46,955 nucleotides of DNA from Bdellovibrionales bacterium. Lineage in GTDB: Bacteria > Bdellovibrionota > Bdellovibrionia > Bdellovibrionales > JAGQZY01. The notes under the pieces were generated by a model. The model worked only from the letters and a program-made list of their open reading frames with translations, was not told where the DNA came from and searched no databases. The stretch covers positions 1 to 46,955 of the forward strand of contig JANPLN010000005.1 of the NCBI GenBank assembly GCA_031426555.1, written 5' to 3'. The translations under genes and the position numbers were made by a program. Shown here piece after piece: positions 18,250 through 28,043 of this stretch. Every line of letters starts with the position of its first letter. Position 1 is the stretch's first letter.

Positions 18250-19260
18250 ATGTCAGGCACACCACAGAGTGGTCTCTATAGATCATGGATCCTGGGAACA
18301 GGGTCCTTTCTCCCAGAAAAAAAACTGACAAATTATGATCTCGAAAAAATCGTCGAAACAAATCATGACTGGATTGTAGAGCGCACCGGTATTCATTCGC
18401 GCAGCATCGCTGAAAAAGGTGTGGCGACGAGTGATTTGGCCCTCATCGCTTCGCAAAGAGCGTTGGAGATGGCAAAACTGACCGCCCAGGACATCGACAT
18501 GATTCTTTTTGCAACCGTGTCTCCCGACTTTCCCATGCCAAGCTCTGCCTGTGAATTGCAACGAAAACTGGGCGCGCGAAATGTAATGGCCTTCGATTTA
18601 TCGGCCGCCTGCACAGGATTTTTGTACGGGCTTTCCATTGCCGATCAATTTATTCGCACGGGTCATTATAGAAATATTCTCGTCGTTGGCGCCGAAATTC
18701 TGCACAACTGGGTGAACTATGAGGATCGTCAAACATGCATTCTGTTTGGCGATGCTGCCGGCGCAGCCATTGTGAGCCGTGCAGCAGAAAACTCAAGCAG
18801 CGGTATCTTAAGCACGCATATGTTCGCTGAAGGTGAGCTTGCGGATCTATTATACATTCCGGCTGGAGGCTCAAAAACTCCAAACACCAATGAAACCCTC
18901 GCCACCCATCAAAATAAAGTGGTGATGAAAGGTCGTGAGATTTTTAAACACGCCATCCGAACGATGTCCACCTGTTGTGATATCGCTCTGGCTGCTAACA
19001 ATATGCAAAAAGACGAAGTGCACTGGGTGATCCCCCATCAGGCAAACACGCGCATCATCGAAGGGGTAGCAAAACACTTCGGGGTTTCTATGGATAAAGT
19101 GATTTTAGAGATCGAAGACATGGGCAACACTTCGGCGGCGACCATTCCTGTGGCGCTGGATCGCGCGGTTCGCGATGGTCGTATCCAACGTGGACAAAAT
19201 ATCTTAATGACCGCGTTTGGAGCGGGCCTCACAAGCGGCAGCGCTTTGATGAGATTTTAA
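18250..19260 (+). CDS. fabH: 3-oxoacyl-ACP synthase III
   Basis: 'WIVERTGI', catalytic 'AACTGF', 'PHQAN', 'GNTSAA', 'FGAGLT'. Confidence 0.96.
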   Translation: MSGTPQSGLYRSWILGTGSFLPEKKLTNYDLEKIVETNHDWIVERTGIHSRSIAEKGVATSDLALIASQRALEMAKLTAQDIDMILFATVSPDFPMPSSACELQRKLGARNVMAFDLSAACTGFLYGLSIADQFIRTGHYRNILVVGAEILHNWVNYEDRQTCILFGDAAGAAIVSRAAENSSSGILSTHMFAEGELADLLYIPAGGSKTPNTNETLATHQNKVVMKGREIFKHAIRTMSTCCDIALAANNMQKDEVHWVIPHQANTRIIEGVAKHFGVSMDKVILEIEDMGNTSAATIPVALDRAVRDGRIQRGQNILMTAFGAGLTSGSALMRF

Positions 19261-20234
19261 TGGCTTCAAAACTTTTGCCCCAGGTCATTTTATTTCCCGG
19301 CCAAGGAAGCCAGCAGGTTGGGATGGGGCAATTTTTGTACAACGATTTTCCGGTGGCTAAACAAGCCTTCGAAGAGGCTTCGGACGCCATCTCTCTCGAT
19401 ATGAAGAAGCTGTGTTTTTTTTCCGATGACACAACTCTAGCGCTCACCGAAAACACGCAACCCGCTTTGCTCACCGTTTCCATTGCCACCTTTCGAGTGA
19501 TGCAGACGTTGCGCGATATGCAAATCAATGCCCTAGCTGGACACTCTGTGGGTGAATACGCCGCGCTTGTGGCGGGAAATGCCCTAACTTTTACCGATGG
19601 AATGCGTTTAGTGCGCAGGCGCGGACAGCTGATGCAAGAGGCGGTGCCCGTAGGCGAGGGCGGAATGTGTGCCGTGATTGGTTTGACGCCTGACGAAGTT
19701 TTAAAGCTTTGTCAGTGGGCCGAAAAAGAAACTGGTCTCTCTCCCCTTGAACCAGCGAACTACAATTCGCCCGATCAAATTGTGGTCAGTGGAAATGCTC
19801 AGATTATCGACTGGCTCAAGGAAAATTTTAAACCTGAAAAGTTAGGCTGGACCAAAAAAGTGCGTTTGATTCCGTTGAAAGTTTCGGCACCCTTTCATTG
19901 CTCGATGATGAAACCTGCAGAGGACGCCATGGAACAGGAACTTTCGGATATTTCTTTTTCTGATTCGCAATGGTCGGTTGTGCAAAACTACACGTCGCAG
20001 GCCCATGTGGATGCCAACGAACTTCGCGAAAATATCACTCGGCAGATTTCGGGGGCGGTTCGTTGGTCGCAAAGTATGGAATTAATTTTACGAATGGGAA
20101 CTCATCAATTTATTGAATGCGGTTGTGGCAAGGTGTTAACCGGTCTCTTGAAAAAAATTGACACCACAAGTTCGCCAGCATTCAATATCAATTCTTTGGA
20201 TGATGTGATCGCTTTTGAAAAGTCGGGAGACTGA
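19260..20234 (+). CDS. fabD: Malonyl-CoA:ACP transacylase
   Basis: 'FPGQGSQ', 'GHSVGEY', 'VSAPFHC'. Confidence 0.96.
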   Translation: MASKLLPQVILFPGQGSQQVGMGQFLYNDFPVAKQAFEEASDAISLDMKKLCFFSDDTTLALTENTQPALLTVSIATFRVMQTLRDMQINALAGHSVGEYAALVAGNALTFTDGMRLVRRRGQLMQEAVPVGEGGMCAVIGLTPDEVLKLCQWAEKETGLSPLEPANYNSPDQIVVSGNAQIIDWLKENFKPEKLGWTKKVRLIPLKVSAPFHCSMMKPAEDAMEQELSDISFSDSQWSVVQNYTSQAHVDANELRENITRQISGAVRWSQSMELILRMGTHQFIECGCGKVLTGLLKKIDTTSSPAFNINSLDDVIAFEKSGD

Positions 20235-20235
20235 A

Positions 20236-21015
20236 GTGTCGACGAGTCAGCTATCAGACGGCAAAATTTTAGACGGCCGAATCTTATCAGGCAAAAAAAT
20301 CATGGTGACCGGTAGCAGCCGCGGCATCGGTGCTGGTATTGCGCGACTGTTAGCTGACGAGGGTGCACACATTGCTATCACCTACTCCTCTTCGGAAGGC
20401 CCCGCCCGCGACGTCTTAGCGTCTCTCAAAGGTACAGGCCACATGATTGTTTCATTGCAAGTGGCTGACGAGGCGTCAGTCAGTGCTGCTTTTGCAAAAG
20501 TTCTTGAAACCTTTGGTACGCTGGACGGTTTAGTGAACAACGCTGGCATTACGAAGGATCAACTTTTGCTCCGGATGAAGCAGGAGGATTTTCAATCAGT
20601 GATGGATACAAATCTTAAAGGCACGTTTCTCTGCACAAAACTGGCTGTGAAAACCATGATGAAGGCGCGCAAAGGCAGTATCGTGAACATCACTAGCGTG
20701 ATTGGTCAAACCGGCAACGCGGGACAAGCCAACTACGCTGCCAGCAAAGCTGGAGTAGAAGCCTTTAGTAAATCCATTGCCCAAGAGGTGGGATCGCGTC
20801 AGGTGCGAGTGAACTGCGTCGCCCCCGGCTTTATCGTGACAGATATGACAGATCAATTAACTGAAGAACAGAAAACAGGCATATTAAGCAAAGTGCCTCT
20901 AGAAACGCTGGGGCAAACGGAAGATGTGGCCCATGCTGTGGCGTTTCTCTTAAGTGATAAAGCTAGATATATCACCGGACATACATTAAGTGTGAACGGT
21001 GGTTTATATATGTAA
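20236..21015 (+). CDS. fabG: 3-oxoacyl-ACP reductase
   Basis: 'TGSSRGIG', 'NNAGIT', 'NYAASK'; GTG start at 20236 after GGGAG. Confidence 0.96.
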   Translation: MSTSQLSDGKILDGRILSGKKIMVTGSSRGIGAGIARLLADEGAHIAITYSSSEGPARDVLASLKGTGHMIVSLQVADEASVSAAFAKVLETFGTLDGLVNNAGITKDQLLLRMKQEDFQSVMDTNLKGTFLCTKLAVKTMMKARKGSIVNITSVIGQTGNAGQANYAASKAGVEAFSKSIAQEVGSRQVRVNCVAPGFIVTDMTDQLTEEQKTGILSKVPLETLGQTEDVAHAVAFLLSDKARYITGHTLSVNGGLYM

Positions 21016-21061
21016 TCGTATGAGATAATTAATGCCACGTGGCAAAATAAGGAGATAGTGT

Positions 21062-21304
21062 ATGTCAGTAGAGATTCCCGCAAAAGTAAAAGAAGTCATA
21101 GTTGAACAATTAGGTGTAGACGCTGAGAAAGTTCGCTCTGAAGCTTCCTTCATCGATGATCTTGGAGCAGATAGCCTGGATATCGTTGAGCTTGTCATGG
21201 CGATGGAAGAAGAATTTGACATCGAAATTCCCGACGAAGAAGCCGAAAAACTCAAAACTGTGAGCGACGTCGTTAGCTATTTGCAAACTAAAGGCAAAGC
21301 CTAA
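21062..21304 (+). CDS. acpP: Acyl carrier protein
   Basis: '[20 protein letters not shown]'. Confidence 0.98.
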   Translation: MSVEIPAKVKEVIVEQLGVDAEKVRSEASFIDDLGADSLDIVELVMAMEEEFDIEIPDEEAEKLKTVSDVVSYLQTKGKA

Positions 21305-21318
21305 TTTAGGAGTGAGCC

Positions 21319-22596
21319 TTGTCGCAAACAAGTGTTTTTACCCGCCCAACCAAACCACAACGTCGAGTCGTAGTGACTGGTATGGGTATTGTATCTCCTC
21401 TCGGTCTCACCGTTGACGAGAACTGGAAAAATATTTGTTCAGGGCAATCGGGCATCAGCACGATCACCCATTTTGATACTGAAAGATTCGATGTAAAAAT
21501 CGCCGGAGAGGTCAAAGGGTTTGATCCCTCCGTGGTCATCGAGAAAAAAGAGCAAAAAAAAATGGATCGCTTTACGCAGTTTGCGATGTACGCAGCTCAG
21601 CAAGCGATCACAGATTCGGGCTTGGATTTTTCGGCCAACGAAATTTTGCGCGCGCGCACCGGAGCCATGGTAGGTGTGGGCATTGGCGGCCTTCCGTCCA
21701 TCGAAGAACAATGCATTATTCTGGCGGCCAAGGGCCCCTCGCGCATCACTCCATTTTTTATACCGTTAGTGATCACCAACATGGCCTCGGGGCATATTTC
21801 GATTCGTTATGGATTGCGCGGCCCCAACTTTTCTGTCACCTCGGCCTGCGCCTCTGGCGTTCATTCTGTGGGCGAAGCCGCCAAATACATTCAAGACGGC
21901 ACCTGCGATGTGATGATCTCCGGTGGAGTTGAAGCTGCCGTCACTCCCCTAGCCATAGCAGGATTTTCCTCGATGCGCGCACTTTCTGCGCGAAACGATG
22001 AGCCCACAAAAGCCTCTCGCCCTTTTGATCGCAACCGCGACGGTTTCGTTTTAGCAGAAGGCGGAGCTATATTGATTCTTGAAGATTACGAACATGCCTC
22101 GCGCAGAGGTGCAAAAATCTATGCCGAGCTTACGGGCTACGGTGCTTCGTCGGATGCCTATCATATGACAAGTCCACCTCCCGATGGGGCTGGCGCTGCG
22201 ATGGCCATGAAAATGGCTTTGAAAAACGCCGAGCTAGCGCCCGAAAAAGTGGGCTACATCAACGCCCACGGTACGAGCACACCCACCGGCGATGGCATTG
22301 AGTCCACCGCTATTAAGTTTGTTTTTGGCGAACACGCCAAAAAACTTTGGGTCAGCAGCACAAAAAGTATGACGGGCCATGCTCTCGGCGCCGCCGGTGC
22401 TTTAGAGAGCGTTTACAGTTTGTTAGCGCTAAAAAATCAAATTGCACCGCCAACGATCAATTTGGACTCTCCATCAGAAGACTGTGATTTAGACTACGTA
22501 CCGCACCATGCCCGAGATGGAAAGTTTGAACACGTTCTCAATAACAGCTTCGGATTCGGTGGAACCAATGCCTGCGTGATTTTTAGTAAAATATGA
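21319..22596 (+). CDS. fabF: 3-oxoacyl-ACP synthase II
   Basis: 'RRVVVTGMG', 'SACASG', 'NAHGTST', 'KSMTGH', 'NSFGFGGTN'. Confidence 0.96.
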   Translation: MSQTSVFTRPTKPQRRVVVTGMGIVSPLGLTVDENWKNICSGQSGISTITHFDTERFDVKIAGEVKGFDPSVVIEKKEQKKMDRFTQFAMYAAQQAITDSGLDFSANEILRARTGAMVGVGIGGLPSIEEQCIILAAKGPSRITPFFIPLVITNMASGHISIRYGLRGPNFSVTSACASGVHSVGEAAKYIQDGTCDVMISGGVEAAVTPLAIAGFSSMRALSARNDEPTKASRPFDRNRDGFVLAEGGAILILEDYEHASRRGAKIYAELTGYGASSDAYHMTSPPPDGAGAAMAMKMALKNAELAPEKVGYINAHGTSTPTGDGIESTAIKFVFGEHAKKLWVSSTKSMTGHALGAAGALESVYSLLALKNQIAPPTINLDSPSEDCDLDYVPHHARDGKFEHVLNNSFGFGGTNACVIFSKI

Positions 22597-23024
22597 AAAT
22601 ATACATCGCTTCCGATCATGCTGGATTTTTGACGAAACAAAAAATCATCGAGTTTTTAAAAAAACAACATGAAGTGATCGATATCGGGCCGCAAAACGAA
22701 GACCGCACCGACTATCCAGATTACGCTGATAAATTAATACTCGAACTTAAAAAAGATACCGTGGCTATGGGAATCCTCCTGTGCGGGTCAGGACAAGGCA
22801 TGGCGATGCGTGCGAACAAATACGTGTTCATACGTGCCGCCCTTTGCTGGAATGAAGAGTCGGCTCGCTTGGCTCGCGCACACAACGATGCTAACGTGCT
22901 CTGCTTAGGTGCGCGGCTTCTCCCCGAAAACGATTTGTTTTCGGCAATCAATGCTTTTTTAGCCACACCGTTTGAAGGTGGCCGACACGCGGATCGTGTT
23001 CGAAAATTAAATCACCCTGTTTAG
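22593..23024 (+). CDS. rpiB: Ribose-5-phosphate isomerase B
   Basis: 'ASDHAG', 'DYPDYA', 'CGSGQG', 'HNDANVL', 'FEGGRH'. Confidence 0.96.
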   Translation: MKIYIASDHAGFLTKQKIIEFLKKQHEVIDIGPQNEDRTDYPDYADKLILELKKDTVAMGILLCGSGQGMAMRANKYVFIRAALCWNEESARLARAHNDANVLCLGARLLPENDLFSAINAFLATPFEGGRHADRVRKLNHPV

Positions 23025-23036
23025 AATGGAGTTCCT

Positions 23037-24266
23037 ATGTCTTTGAAGTCCGTGGATTTAGAAATCTACAATGCCATCCAAAATGAATTCGAACGTCAGC
23101 AGTTCGGTCTAGAGATGATCGCTTCTGAAAATTACACCTCAAAGGCTGTGATGGAAGCCCAAGGTTCGGTTCTGACGAACAAATACGCCGAAGGTTATCC
23201 TGGAAAGCGCTACTACGGTGGCTGTGAGTTTGTGGATGTGGCGGAGTCTCTAGCTATCAGCCGCGCTTGTGAGCTTTTCGGCGCCGCCGCTGCCAATGTA
23301 CAACCCCATTCAGGATCGCAGGCCAATATGGCAGTTTATCTTGCAGAGCTGAAAGCGGGAGAGCGTGTGCTTGGTATGGACCTTTCGCATGGGGGCCACT
23401 TAACTCACGGATCGCCGGTGAATTTTAGTGGAATTCTATTTCAGGTAGCAAGCTACGGCCTAGATCCAAAAACAAACTTAATTAGCTACGAAGATATTCT
23501 TAATAAAGCCAAAGAGTTTAAACCCAAGATGATCATTGCTGGCTATAGTGCCTACCCACGGCTTTTGGATTTTGCAAAATTTAAAGAAATTGCCGACGCC
23601 GTAGGGGCAAAACTCTTGGTGGACATGGCGCACTTTGCTGGTCTCGTGGCTGGTGGCGCTCATCCAAGCCCTGTTCCCTACGCTGACTATGTGACAACGA
23701 CTACTCACAAAACTCTGCGTGGTCCCCGTGGCGGATTGATTCTGACCACTGAAGAAAACGCAAAAAAAGTGAATAGCAAAATCTTCCCTGGCATTCAGGG
23801 CGGACCTCTTGAGCATGTGATCGCTGCAAAAGCTGTGGCTTTTAAAGAGGCTCTACAGCCTGAATTTAAAACTTACGCCAAAAAAATTATCGAAAATGCA
23901 AAAGCCCTTGCCGAGGGTTTGCTCGCAGAAAAATTTTCGCTTGTCACCGGTGGCACCGACAACCACTTGATGTTGGTTGATTTATCGGCCACCGAAGTCA
24001 CGGGCAAAGACGCAGAAATCGCGTTGGATCATGCTGGAATCACGGTGAATAAAAACACAGTTCCCAACGAAAAGCGCAGTCCCTTTGTGACCAGTGGCAT
24101 TCGCATTGGAACTCCCGCTCTCACAACTCGTGGGATGGGGCCCACCGAAATGAAAAAAATTGCTCTGTGGATTTCGCAAGTGGTGAAGAACACCAAAGAC
24201 GAAGCTGTGATCACAAACGTGCGGGCGCAAGTGAAAGAGCTTTGCCAGCAGTTTCCCATGTACTAG
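23037..24266 (+). CDS. glyA: Serine hydroxymethyltransferase
   Basis: 'MIASENY', '[15 protein letters not shown]', PLP-binding '[13 protein letters not shown]'. Confidence 0.98.
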   Translation: MSLKSVDLEIYNAIQNEFERQQFGLEMIASENYTSKAVMEAQGSVLTNKYAEGYPGKRYYGGCEFVDVAESLAISRACELFGAAAANVQPHSGSQANMAVYLAELKAGERVLGMDLSHGGHLTHGSPVNFSGILFQVASYGLDPKTNLISYEDILNKAKEFKPKMIIAGYSAYPRLLDFAKFKEIADAVGAKLLVDMAHFAGLVAGGAHPSPVPYADYVTTTTHKTLRGPRGGLILTTEENAKKVNSKIFPGIQGGPLEHVIAAKAVAFKEALQPEFKTYAKKIIENAKALAEGLLAEKFSLVTGGTDNHLMLVDLSATEVTGKDAEIALDHAGITVNKNTVPNEKRSPFVTSGIRIGTPALTTRGMGPTEMKKIALWISQVVKNTKDEAVITNVRAQVKELCQQFPMY

Positions 24267-24776
24267 GTGACGGCTTTAATTTTGCGAATCATCCAAACAT
24301 TATTTTTATTGGGACTTTATTTTGTCACCGCCTGTTCGACCATGGAAGATGGCGAAGAGGTTGTGGATGTACCCGAATCTCCAATCATTGATTTTTCGTT
24401 TCCGCTCAAAGACTATCGCCGCATCAGTCGAGGGTACAAAGGTCGACATCGTGGGATCGATATTAGCGCCTCTAAAAATACAAAAATCTATGCAGCTGAG
24501 TCTGGTTGGATCACATATCAGGGAACAAAGTTTCGCGGATATGGAAAATTAGTCATCATCGAGCACAGTAAAACCTGGGCGTCGTTTTATGCTCACCTTA
24601 ACGGCTTTGATAAAAAAGAAAAAACCTGGGTGAACAAAGGCGATTTGATCGGCTTTGTTGGTCACACGGGTCGTTCGCGCGGCGATCACTTGCATTTTGA
24701 GGTCCGTTATAAAAACAGACATCTAGATCCACTGGGTTATTTTAATAAAAACAAGCTTAAATTTGCTATTCGTTAA
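24267..24776 (+). CDS. M23 (LytM) metallopeptidase lipoprotein
   Basis: 'HRGID', 'YAHL', 'HLHFEVR'; lipobox 'VTAC'. Confidence 0.88.
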   Translation: MTALILRIIQTLFLLGLYFVTACSTMEDGEEVVDVPESPIIDFSFPLKDYRRISRGYKGRHRGIDISASKNTKIYAAESGWITYQGTKFRGYGKLVIIEHSKTWASFYAHLNGFDKKEKTWVNKGDLIGFVGHTGRSRGDHLHFEVRYKNRHLDPLGYFNKNKLKFAIR

Positions 24777-24786
24777 ATTTTGAGTC

Positions 24787-25152
24787 TTAATCGCATTCCG
24801 CGCCCAATGTTTTCCACGCGTCGTTTTGCAGGAAAAAATACGTGTAACACTTGAATTCTTCGGTGGTCGCACAGTAGTTTGCGGGACCCGTAACAACGCT
24901 GACCACTTCAAACTTAGTTGGCGCGGATTCTGTGCCCTCGGTGATGTTATAACCGTCGATGTAAAACTCCTCTAATCCGCACGAGAAGCCGTTGTTAGAG
25001 TAAAACAGCAAACTCTCAAGCGAGTCTCCGGTCTCCTTAGAAATATAAGATTTTTCCAGTCCTGTGGCCTTTAAAAGTTCGGCTTCGTTCACTGGAATTG
25101 CCGCTGCAAAAACATACGATTGAAAAAGAATTGCGAAAATTTGAAACATCAT
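24787..25152 (-). CDS. Hypothetical small exported Cys-containing protein
   Basis: ATG at 25152 after GGAGG; signal peptide; four Cys. Confidence 0.65.
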   Translation of the reverse strand: MMFQIFAILFQSYVFAAAIPVNEAELLKATGLEKSYISKETGDSLESLLFYSNNGFSCGLEEFYIDGYNITEGTESAPTKFEVVSVVTGPANYCATTEEFKCYTYFFLQNDAWKTLGAECD

Positions 25153-25255
25153 TGATCCCTCCATTTCCCGCGTTTTATATCGGTTTATAGCCAGTGTCAT
25201 GACAAAGTTTTACCTGCGTGTTGTGATTCTCTAAGTACATCAACAAGGAGGATTT

Positions 25256-25813
25256 ATGATGCACAAAGCTATATTTGCAATGGTGGTTCTATTTGCTGCG
25301 AACGTATTTGCGGCCAACCCATTTACAACTGTGAGTGAAATGGCGCTCCAAGGACTTAAGGGACGCTCACTGATCAACTGGACTGTGGGAGACACAGCGT
25401 CTTACAGCATGAACATGGGTTTCATCCAAGGTTCAATGGTCATGACTGCAACTTCCGTCACTGCTGACGAAGCGTGGATGACTCAAGATGTGGACATGGG
25501 GTTCTTAGGAAAGCAAAAAGTCGAAGTATTGCTTGATGCCAACACTGGTGAGATCAAAAAAGTGATCGCCAATGGACAAGAGCAGCAGATTCCTGAGCAA
25601 GACATGGAACTGATTGAAATCATCACAGACACTGTCACTGTTCCTGCTGGAACGTTTGAGTGTCAGCACATTCGTCTTAAAGATAACAAATCTGGTGGCG
25701 AAGTGAAAATGTGGGCCAATCAAACCGTGGCTCTCAGTGGCATGGTGAAGTCTATTCAGCCTGGCCAAATGGGTGAAGTGACTCTAGAGTTAACTTCATT
25801 TCTAAAGCAGTAA
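25256..25813 (+). CDS. Hypothetical exported beta-rich protein
   Basis: Strong RBS AAGGAGG; signal peptide; 'VTVPAGTFEC' motif, as seen in DUF3108-like proteins. Confidence 0.75.
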   Translation: MMHKAIFAMVVLFAANVFAANPFTTVSEMALQGLKGRSLINWTVGDTASYSMNMGFIQGSMVMTATSVTADEAWMTQDVDMGFLGKQKVEVLLDANTGEIKKVIANGQEQQIPEQDMELIEIITDTVTVPAGTFECQHIRLKDNKSGGEVKMWANQTVALSGMVKSIQPGQMGEVTLELTSFLKQ

Positions 25814-25836
25814 GTTAGAACGGAATCGTAAATTTT

Positions 25837-25875
25837 AAAACTCTGTGGTTGCCATACTCGGTGACCCAGAGTTTT
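25837..25875. terminator. Hairpin between convergent genes, probable terminator
   Basis: AAAACTCTG...CAGAGTTTT outer stem with an imperfect inner stem. Confidence 0.55.
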
Positions 25876-25895
25876 CCGTCGTTAACATAATTTCC

Positions 25896-27488
25896 CTAAT
25901 CATTTAGTAAAGCCTCGATGCTTGAAATAAACTCGTCGCGCAGCCGTCGATCCACCTGCCCGGCTGGTGGCATCTGTTCGCGAAGCGGCGCGTGATCGCC
26001 GGTGCGAAAAAGGATTTCCTTAAACAGAGTTCCGCGCGGGTATTTGTTTTCGGTGAGCAACGGCTTCAGTCGATTAAAGTTATCAAACGGAATCCACGGG
26101 GCCACGGCCCCATCCTCAAAGTTCACATGGCAGCTGATACAGCGGGAAACAAGTTGCCGCGTGGGTGGCGCGTGAATGGCCTGTTGAGTGCGGGAGAGGA
26201 TTCTGTCCAATCCGCCAGAAGCTTCAAACTCTACCAAACTCTTTTCCGCAGCTTCTTTAAGTTGGGCACAGTCCATTTGCACGGCAGGATCACCTTCGAA
26301 CACCAAAAAAGCGGCGTCTCTGAGGTGGGTGGAGGCGCTGTGTGGTGACGTGAAACGATCGTCAGCGCTAAAGCGTCCGTCTGTGTGAAAATCCATGGAA
26401 AGATCGTCGGTCACTAACCCCAGGGGTCGGAGAAGAATATCCAGACCCGCCGCCACGCCGTGCTGCCACCCATGCCTTTTTGCTGGTCGCCGGTATTTCG
26501 CAGGCGGGATATCTTTAAATTGCAGTGCGCTTTGCACATGCTTTTGCTGTACGGATTCTGGCATGTACAAATCACCGCAGGCAAACTTTAGCATAATGGA
26601 ATTGCTCGGCGAAACTGAGTCGCCAATGCCAAGCAACGAGTATTTGTAAATGTTAAAAAGTTCACCCAGCTCATCGCGCGCAATTCTTAAAACTCTGCGC
26701 ATATTTAAAATGACGGTGGATTTGGTGAGGCTGAGGGGGGAGCGCGAATTAAAAGCACCTAAATGTTTATATCGATCGTGTGTGGGTTTGATGCGAGTTT
26801 CAAACTTTTCTAAGTTATCTTGCTCTTGCGCTTGTTCGTCGAGAAGAAACAAATCTTGCGGTAAAAACTTGGCGAGCGTTCCATGAAGCGATGGGATTTG
26901 ACCACTGGTGTACCTTTCGTAGTCTACTTTCAGTACCGGCTCTATTTTATCATCCACGCTGGCGTAGGCTCCTGGCCAAAAATTGTAGGGCTCCCAATTG
27001 GGTCGAGGATCCACGTTGGTTCGCGATGGACTTTGGTGACACTCTAAGCATTTTTTTGGGTTTGCTTCGGAGAAGCGCGGAGCTTGGCCGTTTTCGAAAG
27101 TGATTTCGCGAAATTCCCAGCGGAACGTTTTTTCGCGAAACTGAACGATCTCGAGATTGTTATAGCCTTTTTGTTTTTCGTGTCCGTTGAAGGCCATGAT
27201 AAATTTGGCCGAACGACCAAAAACAATGGCCCGTGGAAAGCGTGGGTTTGCATCCTGTAAACTGCGACTGCGATACATCAAAACGTAGTTGAGAAAAAAC
27301 TCTTGTGGAGCAAGATCTAAAACCTGTTCCAGCGTTTGCGCCCCGTTCACTTTAATGTTTTCGACCAAGGATTCGTAATTAATTCCGTCGTCGTATTTGA
27401 CGTCGGAAGTATATGCTGAAACTGCCACAGGCAAACCGTAGTCTGCGCTTGCAGATACGAATGACACTACTAAGTAAATAAAAAACAT
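25896..27488 (-). CDS. Putative exported diheme c-type cytochrome of unknown function
   Basis: Two CXXCH motifs (CLECH, CISCH), a C-terminal 'QMPP' candidate axial Met, and a signal peptide. Confidence 0.7.
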   Translation of the reverse strand: MFFIYLVVSFVSASADYGLPVAVSAYTSDVKYDDGINYESLVENIKVNGAQTLEQVLDLAPQEFFLNYVLMYRSRSLQDANPRFPRAIVFGRSAKFIMAFNGHEKQKGYNNLEIVQFREKTFRWEFREITFENGQAPRFSEANPKKCLECHQSPSRTNVDPRPNWEPYNFWPGAYASVDDKIEPVLKVDYERYTSGQIPSLHGTLAKFLPQDLFLLDEQAQEQDNLEKFETRIKPTHDRYKHLGAFNSRSPLSLTKSTVILNMRRVLRIARDELGELFNIYKYSLLGIGDSVSPSNSIMLKFACGDLYMPESVQQKHVQSALQFKDIPPAKYRRPAKRHGWQHGVAAGLDILLRPLGLVTDDLSMDFHTDGRFSADDRFTSPHSASTHLRDAAFLVFEGDPAVQMDCAQLKEAAEKSLVEFEASGGLDRILSRTQQAIHAPPTRQLVSRCISCHVNFEDGAVAPWIPFDNFNRLKPLLTENKYPRGTLFKEILFRTGDHAPLREQMPPAGQVDRRLRDEFISSIEALLND

Positions 27489-27547
27489 GTCCCCACCACC
27501 CCTGATGTCGCAAACTTCTTTAAGTTTAGCTGATTATTTTACGTCGA

Positions 27548-27904
27548 TTAATTTACAATAACCCAAAAACTGAGATCGTAATTATAATGATCGCGTGTGG
27601 GTGTTTCTTCGTTGAGGGCATTGTATGGCTTTTCTAAAACGCACGACCACGTTCCGCCCAGCGGTTCAATGCGATCTCCGTGAGCGCAAGGGCGCCCGTC
27701 GGTGTGCAGCTGATGCGGTTTTGAATCCATATTTTTAATGGTCAAAACATCTCCAACATGAGCGATAATTGGATTATTTTTATCATTCCAATCCAGCATT
27801 TCGTCGGCTGTGCCGTCTGGAATTTCAAAGTAAATTTCTTTTGCGTTGCTGGCCGGCGCTGCTAGCCAAAGTGTCAATGACAGCAAACTTGTATAGAACC
27901 CCAT
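27548..27904 (-). CDS. Cupredoxin-fold small exported protein
   Basis: 'VGDVLTIKNMDSKPHQLH' cupredoxin strand motif; further His/Cys in 'CAHG' and 'RDH'. Confidence 0.6.
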   Translation of the reverse strand: MGFYTSLLSLTLWLAAPASNAKEIYFEIPDGTADEMLDWNDKNNPIIAHVGDVLTIKNMDSKPHQLHTDGRPCAHGDRIEPLGGTWSCVLEKPYNALNEETPTRDHYNYDLSFWVIVN

Positions 27905-28043
27905 TAAGAACCCCTTCTTTTGGACTCTCCCCTACCCCACAGCGGAAAGTTACTTTGTTGGCGGTTCCTTTTGTACTCTTTTTGCGGACACACATTGGGA
28001 TTGTAATAAAAACAGGGTTTGGTCGAATGGCGTTAAACTCAAA

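Noticed and set aside
24862..24870. GGTGGTCGC match to the tRNA-Val 3' end as a distal att site
   Set aside because: It is only 9 bp, lies inside a CDS and does not extend, so it is compatible with chance.
27905..28043. Possible riboswitch or leader peptide upstream of the cupredoxin gene
   Set aside because: No recognisable aptamer motif or convincing structure was seen; a covariance-model search would be needed.
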